Source: Escherichia coli (lineage in GTDB: Bacteria > Pseudomonadota > Gammaproteobacteria > Enterobacterales > Enterobacteriaceae). Taken from it: a stretch of DNA of 64,000 nucleotides. Every line of letters starts with the position of its first letter. Positions within the stretch are counted from its first letter, which is position 1. Both the position numbers and the translations under genes were made by a program. The DNA is taken from NCBI RefSeq assembly GCF_003334335.1, contig NZ_QOWQ01000014.1, one strand, 5' to 3'. Shown in pieces: positions 34,840-49,823 of this stretch. The notes under the pieces were generated by a model that made no database searches, was not told the DNA's origin, and worked only from the letters and a program-made list of their open reading frames with translations.

Positions 34840-35379
34840 TTAATTAAACCAGCTGTCCGATTTGTTCTCTTCTGCTTTGCCCACGCTTTTCATCAGATCG
34901 CGACCGCCTTCAGTCATATTTCTGTTGGCGTCAGCTTCAGATTGCACCACATCGGTTTGCGCAGCTTTGTGCTTCAGTTCCTGATCGATAAATTCGTTTT
35001 CTCGCTTAACGCGGGCTTCTTCTTTCGCCAGCGCCAGTTTTTGTTTCTGAATCTCTAAGCTGCGTAGCTCATCTTCATAACTTTGATCGCGTTTTTTGTC
35101 CGCAGAGGCTTCGGCGTCCAGTTTATCCTGACGAGCTTTCTTATTTGCCGCTGCCGTTGCCGCTCTTTTGTTAGCGGCGGCCTGGGCATTTGCGCGACGT
35201 TGCTTCTCTTGCTGGATTTCCCTGTTGCGCTCCGCGACCCATTCGTCATGCTGCCTTTGCTCTTCATTTTTACCTTGCTGTTCCGCTTCTGCGACAGCAG
35301 AGAGTTGATCCTGCAATGATGAGGCGATAGCCGGATAGCTTAAGGAGGCTAAGATGGCGCAAAGAAAAACTTTCTTCAT
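34840..35379 (-). CDS. yfgI: YfgI, secreted highly charged (K/E/Q/A-rich) protein, 179 aa
   Basis: ORF with signal peptide MKKVFLCAILASLSYPAIASS followed by low-complexity charged repeats. Confidence 0.88.
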   Translation of the reverse strand: MKKVFLCAILASLSYPAIASSLQDQLSAVAEAEQQGKNEEQRQHDEWVAERNREIQQEKQRRANAQAAANKRAATAAANKKARQDKLDAEASADKKRDQSYEDELRSLEIQKQKLALAKEEARVKRENEFIDQELKHKAAQTDVVQSEADANRNMTEGGRDLMKSVGKAEENKSDSWFN

Positions 35380-35394
35380 GACTCCTCCTGATTA

Positions 35395-35913
35395 TTAGCT
35401 CTTTTCAGGACATTTGGTATTTGGCTGAATACGCGTTTCGTTATACGTCGTGGTAATAACAACGGCTAAACCTGTCGTAAACTGGCACTCTTTACCCACC
35501 TGGGTAGAGGTATACACTTTGGTGCCTTCCTTATAGGTTAAAGAAACACCTTCCACTAAGGTTTTATCATTCACCATAGAACCCGCTGCCGCGCCTACAG
35601 CTCCGCCGCCAACTGCACCTGCCGTCGTTCCGGAATTGCTGCCAGACCCGACGTTGTGGCCGATAACACCGCCAGCGACTGCGCCAATAAGCGCGCCGAA
35701 GGCTTGTGCGTTCCGTTTATTTTGGGAGTTGTCTACGGCAACTTTTGCGGGAAGAATGGAAATAATATTAACGGTTTTAGTTTCTTGTTTGGTATTCAGT
35801 TGATCGGTTTGATAAACATCGGCAGCATGATCGTCAGCATTTGACTGGCATCCTGCCAGAGTGAATGACGCTAACATTGCCACAGGCAGAAGACATTTTT
35901 TAAATTTCATCAC
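35395..35913 (-). CDS. yfgH: YfgH, glycine-zipper outer-membrane lipoprotein, 172 aa
   Basis: Lipobox LAGC; Gly-zipper GALIGAVAGGVIGHNVGSGSNSGTTAGAVGGGAVGAAAGS. Confidence 0.88.
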   Translation of the reverse strand: MMKFKKCLLPVAMLASFTLAGCQSNADDHAADVYQTDQLNTKQETKTVNIISILPAKVAVDNSQNKRNAQAFGALIGAVAGGVIGHNVGSGSNSGTTAGAVGGGAVGAAAGSMVNDKTLVEGVSLTYKEGTKVYTSTQVGKECQFTTGLAVVITTTYNETRIQPNTKCPEKS

Positions 35914-36223
35914 TATTCCTTGTTATACACATTACGAAAAATAAGACATTTAAGATCATCAAAAGAGGAAAGTAAATGTATTGCGTATAAAGGGATAGAT
36001 TAAATTTATTAAAATTCACGCAGGGAATAATTTATAAAAATATATCATTACAACATATATATTAATTTTATATTTATTTCGCAGCCAAACAGGATAAACA
36101 TCAGTCAGGATAAAGACGTAAAATTTAAGATGAAAGAATATCTGCCGCTTTGATAATCCCAAACAGCAAAAGCATCCGACAGCGAAGTGCCGTTATGTTC
36201 TGTGAAAGTGGAGAAGGTAACCG

Positions 36224-36415
36224 CTAACGTTGTACCGGTGATTCGACGGAGAGTGTGGATTGCTGAGCTTCTTTTTTGCTCTGATGGTGCTGCCAGGCAC
36301 CGACGGACGAGTAGATAAAACGGCCAAAGAAGAAGATAAAGCTGATGAGCAGTACGATACGGGTCATGCGACTGTTAAATCGGTGTCGTTTTCGCATACT
36401 GGTTGCCTGACTCAC
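36224..36415 (-). CDS. yfgG: YfgG, small membrane protein, 63 aa
   Basis: ORF MSQATSMRKRHRFNSRMTRIVLLISFIFFFGRFIYSSVGAWQHHQSKKEAQQSTLSVESPVQR; one predicted transmembrane helix. Confidence 0.8.
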   Translation of the reverse strand: MSQATSMRKRHRFNSRMTRIVLLISFIFFFGRFIYSSVGAWQHHQSKKEAQQSTLSVESPVQR

Positions 36416-36625
36416 AAAAGGTTCCTTGAAGTATGTCCCACGCTGTGGACGGTACTTACATTAAGGCACAACAGGACAAAATGGTCAATTCTTCGTTATG
36501 TAAAAAAGCGTCAGTGGATACATATTTTAATGTTATGGAAGTTAATTTAATTATTTACAATGATGATGTAATAATGATGAATTAACATGATAAACGTAAT
36601 AATTCATTAATCAGGGTTATTTTGT

Positions 36626-36639
36626 TTGATATATATCAA
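36626..36639. promoter_or_regulatory. FNR box TTGATatatATCAA upstream of pdeF
   Basis: Perfect match to the FNR consensus TTGAT-N4-ATCAA, centred about 134 bp upstream of the pdeF ATG in an AT-rich divergent promoter region. Confidence 0.55.
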
Positions 36640-36766
36640 TTGGTACTTTCATATGACACTTAGAATCAATGCTCTCTATAGTGATGAATAATCATCATTC
36701 GAAGTCAGGTGGGATGCCTGTCTGAATACACCTCCTTCAGGATGTGGGGGATTCTGCTGAGCATCT

Positions 36767-39010
36767 ATGAAACTGAATGCAACTTATATAAAAATACGTG
36801 ATAAATGGTGGGGGCTTCCGCTGTTCCTGCCTTCTTTAATCTTGCCCATTTTCGCCCACATTAATACTTTCGCGCATATTTCTTCCGGTGAGGTTTTTCT
36901 CTTTTATCTGCCTCTGGCACTGATGATCAGCATGATGATGTTTTTCAGCTGGGCGGCATTGCCAGGGATCGCCTTAGGGATTTTTGTCCGCAAATATGCA
37001 GAGCTGGGTTTTTACGAAACGCTATCATTAACGGCTAATTTTATTATCATTATCATTCTCTGTTGGGGCGGTTACAGGGTCTTTACTCCCCGGCGTAACA
37101 ACGTTTCACATGGTGATACCCGTTTAATTTCCCAGCGTATATTCTGGCAGATTGTGTTTCCTGCAACGCTGTTTCTGATACTTTTCCAGTTTGCTGCATT
37201 TGTAGGATTACTGGCGAGCAGAGAAAATCTGGTCGGTGTCATGCCTTTTAACCTCGGGACTTTAATCAATTATCAGGCCTTACTGGTGGGTAATCTGATC
37301 GGTGTCCCGCTGTGCTACTTCATCATTCGGGTAGTGCGAAATCCATTTTATTTACGTAGCTATTATTCGCAATTAAAACAGCAGGTTGATGCCAAAGTCA
37401 CCAAAAAAGAGTTCGCGCTCTGGCTACTGGCATTAGGTGCTTTATTGTTGCTGTTATGCATGCCGTTAAATGAAAAAAGCACAATTTTTAGCACCAATTA
37501 TACCTTGTCATTATTGCTGCCCCTGATGATGTGGGGAGCGATGCGCTATGGTTATAAGCTGATTTCGCTGCTCTGGGCGGTCGTGTTGATGATCAGCATC
37601 CACAGCTATCAAAATTACATTCCCATTTATCCTGGCTATACCACGCAGCTGACCATAACCTCCTCCAGTTATCTGGTATTCTCTTTTATTGTCAATTATA
37701 TGGCTGTACTGGCAACCCGTCAGAGAGCGGTAGTCAGACGCATTCAGCGGCTTGCGTATGTGGACCCGGTGGTTCATCTGCCAAATGTTCGCGCCCTGAA
37801 TCGCGCGTTGCGTGATGCCCCCTGGTCTGCGCTTTGTTATTTACGCATCCCTGGCATGGAAATGCTGGTTAAGAACTATGGCATCATGCTGCGGATTCAA
37901 TACAAGCAAAAACTTTCTCACTGGCTGTCACCCTTGCTGGAACCGGGTGAAGATGTTTATCAGCTTTCGGGTAACGATCTCGCGCTGCGACTGAATACAG
38001 AATCGCACCAGGAGCGCATTACCGCACTGGATAGCCATCTCAAGCAATTTCGTTTCTTTTGGGATGGCATGCCGATGCAACCGCAGATTGGCGTCAGTTA
38101 CTGCTATGTGCGCTCGCCAGTGAATCATATCTACCTGCTGCTGGGAGAGCTAAATACGGTCGCCGAACTTTCCATCGTGACCAACGCCCCGGAAAATATG
38201 CAGCGTCGCGGGGCAATGTATTTGCAACGCGAATTGAAAGATAAAGTCGCGATGATGAATCGACTACAGCAGGCGCTGGAACACAACCATTTTTTCCTGA
38301 TGGCCCAGCCGATTACCGGTATGCGTGGTGATGTTTACCATGAAATTCTTCTGCGCATGAAAGGTGAGAATGATGAACTGATCAGCCCCGATAGCTTCTT
38401 GCCGGTCGCGCACGAATTTGGTTTATCGTCGAGTATCGACATGTGGGTCATTGAGCATACGCTGCAATTTATGGCTGAAAACAGAGCGAAGATGCCCGCT
38501 CACCGTTTTGCTATTAATCTGTCTCCAACCTCGGTATGTCAGGCTCGTTTTCCTGTTGAAGTCAGTCAGTTGCTGGCTAAATATCAGATTGAAGCGTGGC
38601 AACTTATTTTTGAAGTCACCGAAAGTAATGCTCTGACCAATGTTAAGCAGGCGCAAATCACCTTGCAGCATCTTCAGGAATTAGGCTGCCAGATTGCGAT
38701 TGATGATTTCGGCACCGGCTACGCCAGCTATGCGCGGCTTAAAAATGTGAATGCCGATCTGCTTAAAATTGACGGCAGTTTTATCCGCAATATTGTGTCA
38801 AATAGTCTGGATTATCAGATAGTGGCATCGATTTGCCACCTGGCGCGAATGAAGAAAATGCTGGTAGTGGCAGAGTACGTTGAAAACGAAGAGATCCGCG
38901 AGGCGGTGCTCTCTTTGGGGATCGATTATATGCAGGGTTATCTTATTGGTAAGCCGCAGCCGTTAATTGATACGCTGAATGAAATCGAACCCATTCGCGA
39001 AAGTGCCTGA
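36767..39010 (+). CDS. pdeF: c-di-GMP phosphodiesterase PdeF (YfgF): MASE1 membrane domain, GGDEF-like and EAL domains
   Basis: ORF 747 aa, MKLNATYIKIRDKWWGLPLFLPSLILPIF...; EIL (EAL-type) region YHEILLRMKGE. Confidence 0.92.
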   Translation: MKLNATYIKIRDKWWGLPLFLPSLILPIFAHINTFAHISSGEVFLFYLPLALMISMMMFFSWAALPGIALGIFVRKYAELGFYETLSLTANFIIIIILCWGGYRVFTPRRNNVSHGDTRLISQRIFWQIVFPATLFLILFQFAAFVGLLASRENLVGVMPFNLGTLINYQALLVGNLIGVPLCYFIIRVVRNPFYLRSYYSQLKQQVDAKVTKKEFALWLLALGALLLLLCMPLNEKSTIFSTNYTLSLLLPLMMWGAMRYGYKLISLLWAVVLMISIHSYQNYIPIYPGYTTQLTITSSSYLVFSFIVNYMAVLATRQRAVVRRIQRLAYVDPVVHLPNVRALNRALRDAPWSALCYLRIPGMEMLVKNYGIMLRIQYKQKLSHWLSPLLEPGEDVYQLSGNDLALRLNTESHQERITALDSHLKQFRFFWDGMPMQPQIGVSYCYVRSPVNHIYLLLGELNTVAELSIVTNAPENMQRRGAMYLQRELKDKVAMMNRLQQALEHNHFFLMAQPITGMRGDVYHEILLRMKGENDELISPDSFLPVAHEFGLSSSIDMWVIEHTLQFMAENRAKMPAHRFAINLSPTSVCQARFPVEVSQLLAKYQIEAWQLIFEVTESNALTNVKQAQITLQHLQELGCQIAIDDFGTGYASYARLKNVNADLLKIDGSFIRNIVSNSLDYQIVASICHLARMKKMLVVAEYVENEEIREAVLSLGIDYMQGYLIGKPQPLIDTLNEIEPIRESA

Positions 39011-39015
39011 ATAAT

Positions 39016-39042
39016 GCGGGCCGACATTTCTCGTCGGCCCGC
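39016..39042. terminator. GC-rich hairpin between convergent pdeF and ppx
   Basis: gcgggccgac-atttctc-gtcggcccgc, a 10-bp perfect stem. Flanking U-tracts are weak. Confidence 0.45.
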
Positions 39043-39048
39043 AAAGTA

Positions 39049-42661
<3,613 letters not shown>

Positions 42662-42832
42662 TACCACTTTTACTCCGTTTTATTCACGGGACACTGCCTG
42701 GATATTATGGCGAGCAATATTGGCAGATGTCCAACTATGCCAGAAAAGGGGGAAAAAAACTGCTGGAGCTTGCGATTTACAGGTGAATTGAAAAACGCCA
42801 GCGGCAGAGCTGGCGCTTTAATTACGGGGGTA

Positions 42833-43470
42833 TTACTCGTCGGCAGCGTAGCCCTGCGGCGGCAGACGTTGACCATCCAGCCACGCGGCGTTTTCGTGCA
42901 TTTTCAGACGACCATCGGCAAACCAGCTAATCACCAGTGGATAAATGGCGTGTTCCTGGGTTTGCACGCGGGCGGTGATGTCATCTTCCGAATCACCAGC
43001 AAATACCGGGACTTTCGCCTGTAAAATAACCGGGCCACCGTCCAGTTCATCGGTGACGAAATGCACCGATGTACCGTGCTCTTCATCGCCATTTTCCAGC
43101 GCCTGACGATGGGTGTGTAATCCGGGATATTTCGGCAGCAGAGAAGGGTGAATGTTCAGCAAACGCCCGGCATAGTGGGAGACAAACGCCGGGCTGAGAA
43201 TGCGCATAAAACCAGCCAGCACGACCACATCGGGTGCGTACATGTCGATTTCATGAATCAACTCCCGGTCATAGGCTTCACGACTGTCAAACGCGCTGGC
43301 GATGAGCGTATGCGTTGCAATACCCGCCTGGCGGGCGCGTTCAAGGCCGAACGCGTCGGCCTTATTGCTGAAAACTGCCCGTACGGTGCCTTTAATTTTG
43401 TTGGTTTTACAGGCGTCAATAATTGCCTGTAAATTACTTCCGTTGCCGGAAATAAGCACCACAATATTCA

Positions 43471-43471
<1 letters not shown>
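42833..43471 (-). CDS. purN: Phosphoribosylglycinamide formyltransferase PurN
   Basis: ORF 212 aa, MNIVVLISGNGSNLQAIIDACKTNKIKGTVRAVFSNKADAFGLERA... Confidence 0.97.
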
Positions 43472-44526
<1,055 letters not shown>

Positions 44527-44571
44527 TTACTTGCGGTAGAAAAATAAAATTCGGCGCAATTCTAACAGGGA

Positions 44572-44587
44572 AAGCAAACGTTTGCGA
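44572..44587. promoter_or_regulatory. PurR operator (PUR box) in the purMN promoter region
   Basis: aagcaaacgtttgcga: palindromic match to the PurR box consensus, 64-79 bp upstream of the purM start. Confidence 0.6.
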
Positions 44588-44832
44588 GACTGCTTTACAC
44601 AACCTTTTTGCACGTCTTTTCCCCAGGCGCGCGGCGAAAGAAGACTTGTGCCAGGGTAAAGGTTAGTTTTCGGATGGAATAATCTTCTTTCATAACCATC
44701 TGAATATAAAATAACTTTATCTCAAACCGTTATCATTTTGACTAAAGTCAACGAAAAGAATATTGCCGCCTTGAAGAAAGGAGGTATAATCCGTCGATTT
44801 TTTTTGTGGCTGCCCCTCAAAGGAGAAAGAGT

Positions 44833-45459
44833 ATGAAGATCGTGGAAGTCAAACACCCACTCGTCAAACACAAGCTGGGACTGATGCGTGAGCAAGATAT
44901 CAGCACCAAGCGCTTTCGCGAACTCGCTTCCGAAGTGGGTAGCCTGCTGACTTACGAAGCGACCGCCGACCTCGAAACGGAAAAAGTAACTATCGAAGGC
45001 TGGAACGGCCCGGTAGAAATCGACCAGATCAAAGGTAAGAAAATTACCGTTGTGCCAATTCTGCGTGCGGGTCTTGGTATGATGGACGGTGTGCTGGAAA
45101 ACGTTCCGAGCGCGCGCATCAGCGTTGTCGGTATGTACCGTAATGAAGAAACGCTGGAGCCGGTACCGTACTTCCAGAAACTGGTTTCTAACATCGATGA
45201 GCGTATGGCGCTGATCGTTGACCCAATGCTGGCAACCGGTGGTTCCGTTATCGCGACCATCGACCTGCTGAAAAAAGCGGGCTGCAGCAGCATCAAAGTT
45301 CTGGTGCTGGTAGCTGCGCCAGAAGGTATCGCTGCGCTGGAAAAAGCGCACCCGGACGTCGAACTGTATACCGCATCGATTGATCAGGGACTGAACGAGC
45401 ACGGATACATTATTCCGGGCCTCGGCGATGCCGGTGACAAAATCTTTGGTACGAAATAA
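44833..45459 (+). CDS. upp: Uracil phosphoribosyltransferase
   Basis: ORF 44806..45459. Start trimmed to ATG at 44833 ([21 protein letters not shown]...) for 208 aa. Confidence 0.97.
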
Positions 45460-45476
45460 AGAATAAAAATAATTAA

Positions 45477-45504
45477 AGCCGACTTTAAGAGTCGGCTTTT
45501 TTTT
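45477..45504 (+). terminator. Intrinsic terminator/attenuator between upp and uraA
   Basis: agccgact-ttaag-agtcggct followed by tttttttt. Confidence 0.6.
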
Positions 45505-45544
45505 GAGTAAAGCGCCTATAACACATAATACAGAGGATAATACT

Positions 45545-46834
45545 ATGACGCGCCGTGCTATCGGGGTGAGTGAAAGACCGCCACTTTTACAGACAATCCC
45601 GCTTAGTTTGCAACATTTGTTCGCCATGTTTGGTGCAACCGTCCTGGTGCCCGTCTTATTTCATATTAACCCGGCGACTGTACTGTTATTTAACGGTATT
45701 GGAACGCTGCTGTATCTCTTCATCTGTAAAGGGAAAATTCCGGCTTATCTTGGTTCCAGCTTTGCCTTTATTTCACCGGTATTGTTACTGTTGCCGTTAG
45801 GGTATGAAGTCGCGCTGGGCGGCTTTATTATGTGCGGCGTGCTGTTCTGCCTGGTTTCTTTTATCGTGAAGAAAGCGGGGACCGGCTGGCTGGACGTGCT
45901 GTTTCCACCTGCGGCAATGGGCGCAATCGTTGCCGTCATCGGTCTGGAGCTGGCGGGCGTAGCTGCCGGTATGGCGGGTTTACTCCCGGCTGAAGGGCAA
46001 ACGCCAGACTCCAAAACCATCATCATCTCTATTACCACCCTGGCGGTCACGGTTTTAGGTTCCGTGCTGTTTCGTGGTTTCCTGGCAATTATCCCGATTT
46101 TAATTGGCGTGCTGGTGGGGTACGCGCTCTCTTTCGCAATGGGAATTGTCGATACCACGCCGATTATTAATGCTCACTGGTTTGCGCTGCCAACCCTCTA
46201 TACGCCGCGCTTCGAGTGGTTTGCCATTCTGACTATTCTGCCAGCGGCGTTAGTGGTTATTGCCGAACACGTAGGGCACCTGGTAGTAACGGCTAATATC
46301 GTCAAAAAAGATCTGCTGCGCGATCCAGGTCTGCACCGTTCGATGTTTGCTAATGGCTTGTCGACCGTGATTTCCGGCTTCTTTGGCTCTACGCCAAATA
46401 CTACTTACGGAGAAAACATTGGCGTGATGGCGATCACCCGTGTTTACAGTACCTGGGTTATCGGCGGGGCGGCGATTTTCGCTATCCTGCTTTCCTGCGT
46501 CGGTAAACTGGCTGCCGCTATCCAGATGATCCCATTGCCGGTGATGGGCGGCGTTTCGCTGCTGCTTTATGGTGTCATCGGTGCTTCCGGTATTCGTGTT
46601 TTGATCGAATCGAAAGTGGATTACAACAAAGCACAGAACCTGATCCTGACTTCCGTGATTTTGATCATCGGCGTCAGTGGCGCGAAGGTAAACATCGGCG
46701 CGGCGGAGTTAAAAGGTATGGCGCTGGCGACCATCGTCGGTATCGGCTTAAGTTTGATCTTCAAACTGATCAGTGTGCTGCGCCCTGAAGAAGTGGTGCT
46801 GGACGCAGAAGACGCGGATATAACAGACAAATAA
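45545..46834 (+). CDS. uraA: Uracil:H+ symporter UraA (NCS2 family)
   Basis: ORF 45503..46834. Start trimmed to ATG at 45545 ([33 protein letters not shown]...) for 429 aa. Confidence 0.95.
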   Translation: MTRRAIGVSERPPLLQTIPLSLQHLFAMFGATVLVPVLFHINPATVLLFNGIGTLLYLFICKGKIPAYLGSSFAFISPVLLLLPLGYEVALGGFIMCGVLFCLVSFIVKKAGTGWLDVLFPPAAMGAIVAVIGLELAGVAAGMAGLLPAEGQTPDSKTIIISITTLAVTVLGSVLFRGFLAIIPILIGVLVGYALSFAMGIVDTTPIINAHWFALPTLYTPRFEWFAILTILPAALVVIAEHVGHLVVTANIVKKDLLRDPGLHRSMFANGLSTVISGFFGSTPNTTYGENIGVMAITRVYSTWVIGGAAIFAILLSCVGKLAAAIQMIPLPVMGGVSLLLYGVIGASGIRVLIESKVDYNKAQNLILTSVILIIGVSGAKVNIGAAELKGMALATIVGIGLSLIFKLISVLRPEEVVLDAEDADITDK

Positions 46835-46928
46835 TGTACCGACCGGGCAGTGTTGCTGCCCGGTTCAAACATCATGGGATTCTGTGGTAAACTTCTCGCG
46901 ATTTTGTGAAATCCTGGTTGAGGTATCT

Positions 46929-47630
46929 CTGAACACACCGGCACAGCTCTCTTTGCCACTTTATCTTCCTGACGACGAAACCTTTGCAAGTTTCTGGCCG
47001 GGGGATAACTCCTCTTTACTGGCCGCGCTGCAAAACGTGCTGCGTCAGGAACATAGCGGTTACATCTATCTCTGGGCACGCGAAGGCGCGGGGCGCAGCC
47101 ATCTGCTGCACGCGGCTTGCGCGGAATTGTCGCAGCGTGGCGATGCGGTGGGCTATGTCCCGCTGGATAAACGCACCTGGTTTGTTCCGGAAGTGCTCGA
47201 CGGTATGGAGCATTTGTCGCTGGTCTGTATCGACAACATTGAGTGTATTGCAGGCGATGAGTTGTGGGAGATGGCGATTTTCGATCTCTACAATCGAATT
47301 CTGGAATCGGGCAAAACACGGTTGTTGATCACCGGCGATCGTCCACCGCGGCAGTTGAATCTGGGATTACCGGATCTCGCGTCGCGACTCGACTGGGGGC
47401 AGATCTACAAATTGCAGCCACTTTCTGATGAAGATAAGTTGCAGGCGCTACAGTTACGCGCGCGTTTGCGTGGTTTTGAACTGCCGGAAGATGTGGGGCG
47501 TTTCTTGCTGAAGCGGCTCGACAGAGAAATGCGCACGCTATTTATGACGTTGGATCAGTTGGATCGTGCGTCGATTACCGCGCAACGTAAGCTGACCATT
47601 CCGTTTGTGAAAGAAATTCTGAAGTTGTAG
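46929..47630 (+). CDS. hda: DnaA-inactivating AAA+ protein Hda; probable non-canonical CTG initiation
   Basis: ORF 46884..47630 starts at a GTG. The known 233-aa product begins at the in-frame CTG at 46929-46931 ([19 protein letters not shown]...). Confidence 0.88.
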
Positions 47631-47644
47631 ATAAGGTGTTTATT

Positions 47645-47738
47645 GTCGGATGCGGCGCGAACGCCTTATCCGAACTACGCGAAGTTAATCCATAGTATTC
47701 GTAGGCCGGATAAGACGTGGCAAGCGTCGCATCCGGCA
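47645..47738. repeat. BIME with two REP palindromes between hda and yfgD
   Basis: gtcggatgcggcgcgaacgccttatccgaactac at 47645..47678 and gtaggccggataagacgtggcaagcgtcgcatccggca at 47701..47738. Confidence 0.7.
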
Positions 47739-47767
47739 ATGTGCTTCAACTAGCGATGGAGCACATC

Positions 47768-48127
47768 TTAACCCACGATTTCCAGTACCTGCTCCGGTGG
47801 ACGACCAATCCGCGCTTTGCCATTCGCGACCACAATCGGGCGCTCCATCAGCTTCGGATTATCCACCATTGCCTGAATCAGCGCCTCTTCGCTAAGCGAA
47901 CTGTCAGCCAGGTTCAGTTCTTTATAAAGATCCTCTTTCTGGCGCATCAATTCACGGGCGCTATTCATCCCCAGTATTTTCAGCAAATCGCGCAGCGTTG
48001 CCGCATCGGCGGGTGTCTCAAGGTAGAGCACCACTTCTGGCTCCACGCCGTTTTCTTTCAGCAGGTTCAGCGTTTCCCGGCTCTTTGAACAGCGTGGGTT
48101 ATGGTAGATTTTTACCTGTTTGGTCAT
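47768..48127 (-). CDS. yfgD: ArsC/Spx-family thiol-reductase-like protein YfgD
   Basis: ORF 119 aa, MTKQVKIYHNPRCSKSRETLNLLKENGVEPEVVLYLETP... Confidence 0.88.
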   Translation of the reverse strand: MTKQVKIYHNPRCSKSRETLNLLKENGVEPEVVLYLETPADAATLRDLLKILGMNSARELMRQKEDLYKELNLADSSLSEEALIQAMVDNPKLMERPIVVANGKARIGRPPEQVLEIVG

Positions 48128-48147
48128 TGTTCTTCCTTTAATGCGAA

Positions 48148-49611
48148 TTACATCTTGGTATAAGGCTTAAAGCGTTCCTGCAGCTGGCGCAACTGGTCGA
48201 TGCGCGCATCGTAACGCGCTTGTTGCAGGCTGCCTAATTTCACCTGCGAACTGGCGCTACTCAACAGCGAAATGGCCTGATCGAGTCGTCCGGCGAGCGC
48301 ATAACCTTCTGCTCGCGCAGCCAGCTCCTGATCGCGGTTATTTAGCGCGGCTTCCGCCTGTGCCAGCAAATCCCAGCCGTTGCTGTCATCTTTATTATTA
48401 AAGGTGTAGCGATTCAGAATATTGGCCGCTTCTTGTGGTTGACCGCCTTGCAAATAAGCGTTCGCCAGGTTGAGCTGCAACACCGGATTGGTGCGTAAAT
48501 CGCGGGCATTTTTCAGACGATTGATCGCCTCATTGGCTTTGTTTTGCCCAAGATCGATATCAGTAGCCAGATCGAGATACCATGCGTTGCCAGGTTCTGC
48601 CGCCAGTAACGGTTGCAGCGTTTTACGCGCCTCGTCGTATTTATTGGCTTCCATCGCCTGTAAAGCACGACCATATTGTGCTGCTCGTTGCTGACGAACG
48701 TTTCCTTTCGCCCATTCATCCAGCAAATCACTGGTGAGCTGGTTACGTCCGGAATTATACATCCCCAGTGTGCGCGCTTTCGCCAGATAGAAATCTTCCG
48801 ACGACTGCACCACCATCGGGCGCATCTGATTAGCACGGTTGCGGGCATCTGCCAGACGACTTTCCGGCAACGGGTGAGTCAATAAAATTTCCGGCGGGCG
48901 CGAGGAGTAACGCGCCTGATCGAGTAATTTTTCGAGGAAGGTTGGCATCGCCTGCGGATCGAATCCCGAGCGTTGCAGCACCTGAATACCAATGCGGTCC
49001 GCTTCCTGTTCATTTTGCTGGGTGAAACTGATCATCCCCTGACGCGTTCCCGCCAGTGTACCGGTCAGCGCCGCCATCCCCGCCTGCGGACTGGCCATCG
49101 CCAGTAAAATAGAACCTAACGCGCCGACCCAGGTCAGCGGCGCGCTGCGCTGCTGATCTTCCATCGCTCGCGCCAGGTGACGTTGGGTGACGTGGGAGAT
49201 TTCGTGCGCCATAACTGAAGCCAGTTGACTTTCGTTATCGGAATAACGGAACAGGGCAGAGTGCAGCACCACGTTGCCGCCAAAGAAAGCAAAGGCGTTA
49301 ATTTCGTCGTTGTTGATCAGAAAAAAATGAAACGGTGTCTTAACCGAATTGGCATGCGAAACCAGACGCATCCCCAGCGAATTAATATATTGCGTTAACA
49401 GCGGGTCATTAATTAACGGCGCGCTGCCGCGTAGCTGGCGGACATAATAGTCGCCCATCTGCATTTCCTGACCAATGGAAAGCGTGCTTCCTGCGGAGGT
49501 TCCCATATCCGGCAAGGTGTCTGCGCTGTCGGCAAACGCCGGGGCTACCTGACCAATGGTCATAGCAGCAATGAGGGTTGCAACCAGGTTTTTTTTCAAC
49601 TGCCTGAACAT
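48148..49611 (-). CDS. bepA: Periplasmic M48 metalloprotease/chaperone BepA (YfgC) with TPR domain
   Basis: ORF 487 aa with signal peptide; zinc-binding motif HEISH. Confidence 0.95.
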
Positions 49612-49823
49612 AACCTCTATCCTGTATTTCTGGAGATAGTCATTTGACCGATACTGTGAAATATCGTTCCCACCGCGCCGCCTTTGAGTGTAACGGCGAA
49701 GATTAGCCCACTCAAATGACTTTTCAGTTTCCTGAATCCGTCATAAAAAGCGAAGTCTTTTTTGTGACATTTCGATACAATTGCGGATCGCAATCCCGCT
49801 CTTGAGGTTCAGGGAAGGTCTTT

